Virus record (IMG/VR): IMGVR_UViG_3300031853_000028
Direction: 5' to 3' (one strand)
Source of the DNA: an uncultured virus (IMG/VR IMGVR_UViG_3300031853_000028)
Lineage: Duplodnaviria; Heunggongvirae; Uroviricota; Caudoviricetes
DNA: 20,000 nucleotides
Made by a program: the position numbers and the translations under genes. This document shows, in pieces, positions 18,385 through 20,000 of this stretch. The notes beneath the pieces are model-generated. The model was not told the DNA's origin. It worked only from the letters and a program-made list of their open reading frames with translations, and ran no database searches. Every line of letters starts with the position of its first letter. The stretch's first letter is position 1.

Positions 18385-18718
18385 TTATTCCCTCACTTTC
18401 TGATTTATCTGCTTCGATGATTATATCAGCATATCTTACACATTCTATGCAATCGTCTATATTGTTAATATGTGCGAATGTTTCATACCCTTCTTCGTAA
18501 TTTCCGGCTTTTATGCCATTTGCTATTTCTTTTTCAAGCGCATCTAAATCTCCTAATCTTCCATGTCCCTTTGGGAGTAGTGTGCCTGTTGCTATTCCTG
18601 TACACAGCACTCCGAGTAAATCATTTCCCCAGCGTCCATGTATTTTGCTTGCGCTAACTACTCCTTGGTATGTTTCTTTGGATATCTTAATTACTAATTC
18701 TATTTCATTATCTGCCAT
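18317..18718 (-). CDS. Hypothetical protein (paralog of 17561..17785)
   Basis: LVIKIS...GTLLPKGHGRL...IIEADKSESEG, then reads on into the next gene. Confidence 0.7.
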   Translation of the reverse strand: MADNEIELVIKISKETYQGVVSASKIHGRWGNDLLGVLCTGIATGTLLPKGHGRLGDLDALEKEIANGIKAGNYEEGYETFAHINNIDDCIECVRYADIIIEADKSESEGINESQTSKKARKETIFRIFGQVF

Positions 18719-18737
18719 ACTTGTTCCTCACTTTCTG

Positions 18738-18968
18738 CTAATTTTTATTTAAAGAATAATAGTATCTTTCAAGTTCTTTAAATTCTGCCTCATCTAATCC
18801 GAACACTTCAAAATATGACCAATCATAGCAAATATCAATAGTCAAACCCTCATCCTCGTATACTGTTGTCATCATATCTTCCATAGTATTCCTGCTATTG
18901 AAAATACCGCAATCAGCATATTCATAATATGCTTTTACTATTCTTTTCGCTTGTTCAAGATTGTTCAT
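18738..18968 (-). CDS. Hypothetical protein
   Basis: 76 aa; junction RBS. Confidence 0.7.
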   Translation of the reverse strand: MNNLEQAKRIVKAYYEYADCGIFNSRNTMEDMMTTVYEDEGLTIDICYDWSYFEVFGLDEAEFKELERYYYSLNKN

Positions 18969-19161
18969 ATCTTACCCCCTCACTTTCCTGTGGTTCAACC
19001 TTTATCTTAAATAACTCACGCAGTGTATCACATTTGCCTTTCTCAATAATCGAAACACAAGGTAAACACTCTCCGAGGCATAAATCAACACTGTACAACT
19101 CTTTTCGCCATTTACATTCTTTGATGGCAGTATTGATTTCTTTTTGTGTTATGTTTTTCAT
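18955..19161 (-). CDS. Hypothetical Cys-rich protein
   Basis: 68 aa; contains VEPQESEG. Confidence 0.6.
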   Translation of the reverse strand: MKNITQKEINTAIKECKWRKELYSVDLCLGECLPCVSIIEKGKCDTLRELFKIKVEPQESEGVRYEQS

Positions 19162-19455
19162 TTACTTACTCTCACTTTCTGGCTTGTACTTGTCAATTAC
19201 TTCAAGTACCTCATCAATACATTCGTTCCATCTTACCGCCCAATCATCTTTTGGTGTATCTTTAAGGACAATTCGATATTTCCACTTTATCTCTGCTCTT
19301 ATATTATCAAGAACAGATTCTTGCTCTAACAGTTCTAATATTAGCTTGTGTTCTTCATAGACTCTTCCATGTGGTTCTTCTCCGCTGTGTCTCGCCCACA
19401 TTTCACAACCTTCAACTTGCTTCTTACAATGCTCTTTCAGCTCTTCTCTTGTCAT
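19162..19455 (-). CDS. Hypothetical protein
   Basis: 97 aa; RBS AAGGAGG; ends IDKYKPESESK. Confidence 0.7.
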   Translation of the reverse strand: MTREELKEHCKKQVEGCEMWARHSGEEPHGRVYEEHKLILELLEQESVLDNIRAEIKWKYRIVLKDTPKDDWAVRWNECIDEVLEVIDKYKPESESK

Positions 19456-19748
19456 AATGCTTCCTCCTTGTCGCTTTGAAATATCTTACATCCTTTATCT
19501 TGCCAAGTTTGAATCTCATCTTTTAACCAAATAAGATATTCTTTAAAGTTTTGTTTATATAAACCTTTCATTTGCCCCTCATATTCAACTACTGTATTTT
19601 GCTCATAATTAGATATGTACTTAAAATAATCATCCATATCCGTTATTAATTTTAGAACATTTATTACATTAATATATGTTCTATCTAGTGGTTCTGGTTC
19701 ATCTTCTCTAATCTTAGATTTACCTAAATCAACTGCATACTCTAACAT
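19452..19748 (-). CDS. Hypothetical protein
   Basis: Probable ATG 19748 after GAGGA (the track starts at GTG 19760); ATGA overlap with the next gene. Confidence 0.6.
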   Translation of the reverse strand: MLEYAVDLGKSKIREDEPEPLDRTYINVINVLKLITDMDDYFKYISNYEQNTVVEYEGQMKGLYKQNFKEYLIWLKDEIQTWQDKGCKIFQSDKEEAL

Positions 19749-19779
19749 ATTTTTCCTCACATCCTTTCTATTTTTTAAC

Positions 19780-20000
19780 GAGCCTTGAGCAAGAAATCCC
19801 CCACCTCTATCTATAGGTGGTAGGATAAATTGCTAATTGATACCAACTCTCAAGTGGTATCCCTCTCATAGAGAGTTTGTTTCCCTTCCTCAATGTTATA
19901 AGTGCTTGCCGTAATCGGTCATTCGAGGTTGACTGTTCCTACCCATCAGAACTGTTTACAGAGCCTCCACAGTTGCTACAGACTTGGGAATCATCTGTAG
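19780..20000 (-). mobile_element. omegaRNA-only IS200/IS605 mini-element, copy 2 (truncated by window end)
   Basis: Matches 13410-13630 with 5 substitutions; preceded by TTAAC (19775-19779). Confidence 0.8.

Larger units (their letters stand above)
15439..19181 (-). repeat. Dispersed gene-junction motif CAGAAAG(T/C)GAGG
   Basis: Copies, exact or with one mismatch, start at plus coordinates 15439, 15633, 15837, 16278, 16688, 17566, 18170, 18391, 18726, 18978 and 19171. More degenerate copies are at 17067, 12004 and 2018. Confidence 0.85.

Noticed and set aside
15439..19181. Junction motif interpreted as a CRISPR array or integron attC sites
   Set aside because: Spacing is irregular and gene-sized, the motif is not palindromic, it lacks the RYYYAAC/GTTRRRY boxes, and no integrase or cas gene is in the window.
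2497..19360. Remaining plus-strand ORFs in the track (e.g. 2497, 3580, 6153, 11546, 16174, 18929)
   Set aside because: All overlap well-supported minus-strand genes; Ser/Leu/Ile/Phe-rich composition typical of antisense frames.
13410..20000. Composite transposon formed by the two element copies carrying the 6-kb gene array
   Set aside because: Similar small accessory genes continue outside the copies and there is no transposase in the window; independent insertions are simpler, though recombination between copies could delete the segment.

Overview
AT-rich phage or prophage DNA, probably from a Clostridia/Lachnospiraceae-type Firmicute host (inference from composition, ribosome-binding sites and gene content). 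All credible genes are on the minus strand. Positions 1-11.6 kb hold a replication operon whose order matches the SPbeta yorF-yorL module: SSB-like protein, AAA ATPase, Zn-finger protein, DnaB-like helicase, primase, RecJ/DHH nuclease and DNA polymerase, followed by a RecD2 helicase. A near-consensus SigA promoter precedes it. The polymerase is family B rather than DnaE and has a ~255-aa C-terminal tail that looks DnaE-derived. Positions 11.7-19.8 kb are a dense array of small accessory ORFs. Their junctions share a CAGAAAGYGAGG motif, with longer 23-32 bp repeats and mosaic protein ends suggesting cassette shuffling. Two near-identical copies of a ~328-bp non-coding element lie at 13410-13737 and 19780->20000. 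It resembles a HEARO/omegaRNA scaffold joined directly to an IS200/IS605 end hairpin with no iscB ORF, and both copies follow TTAAC.
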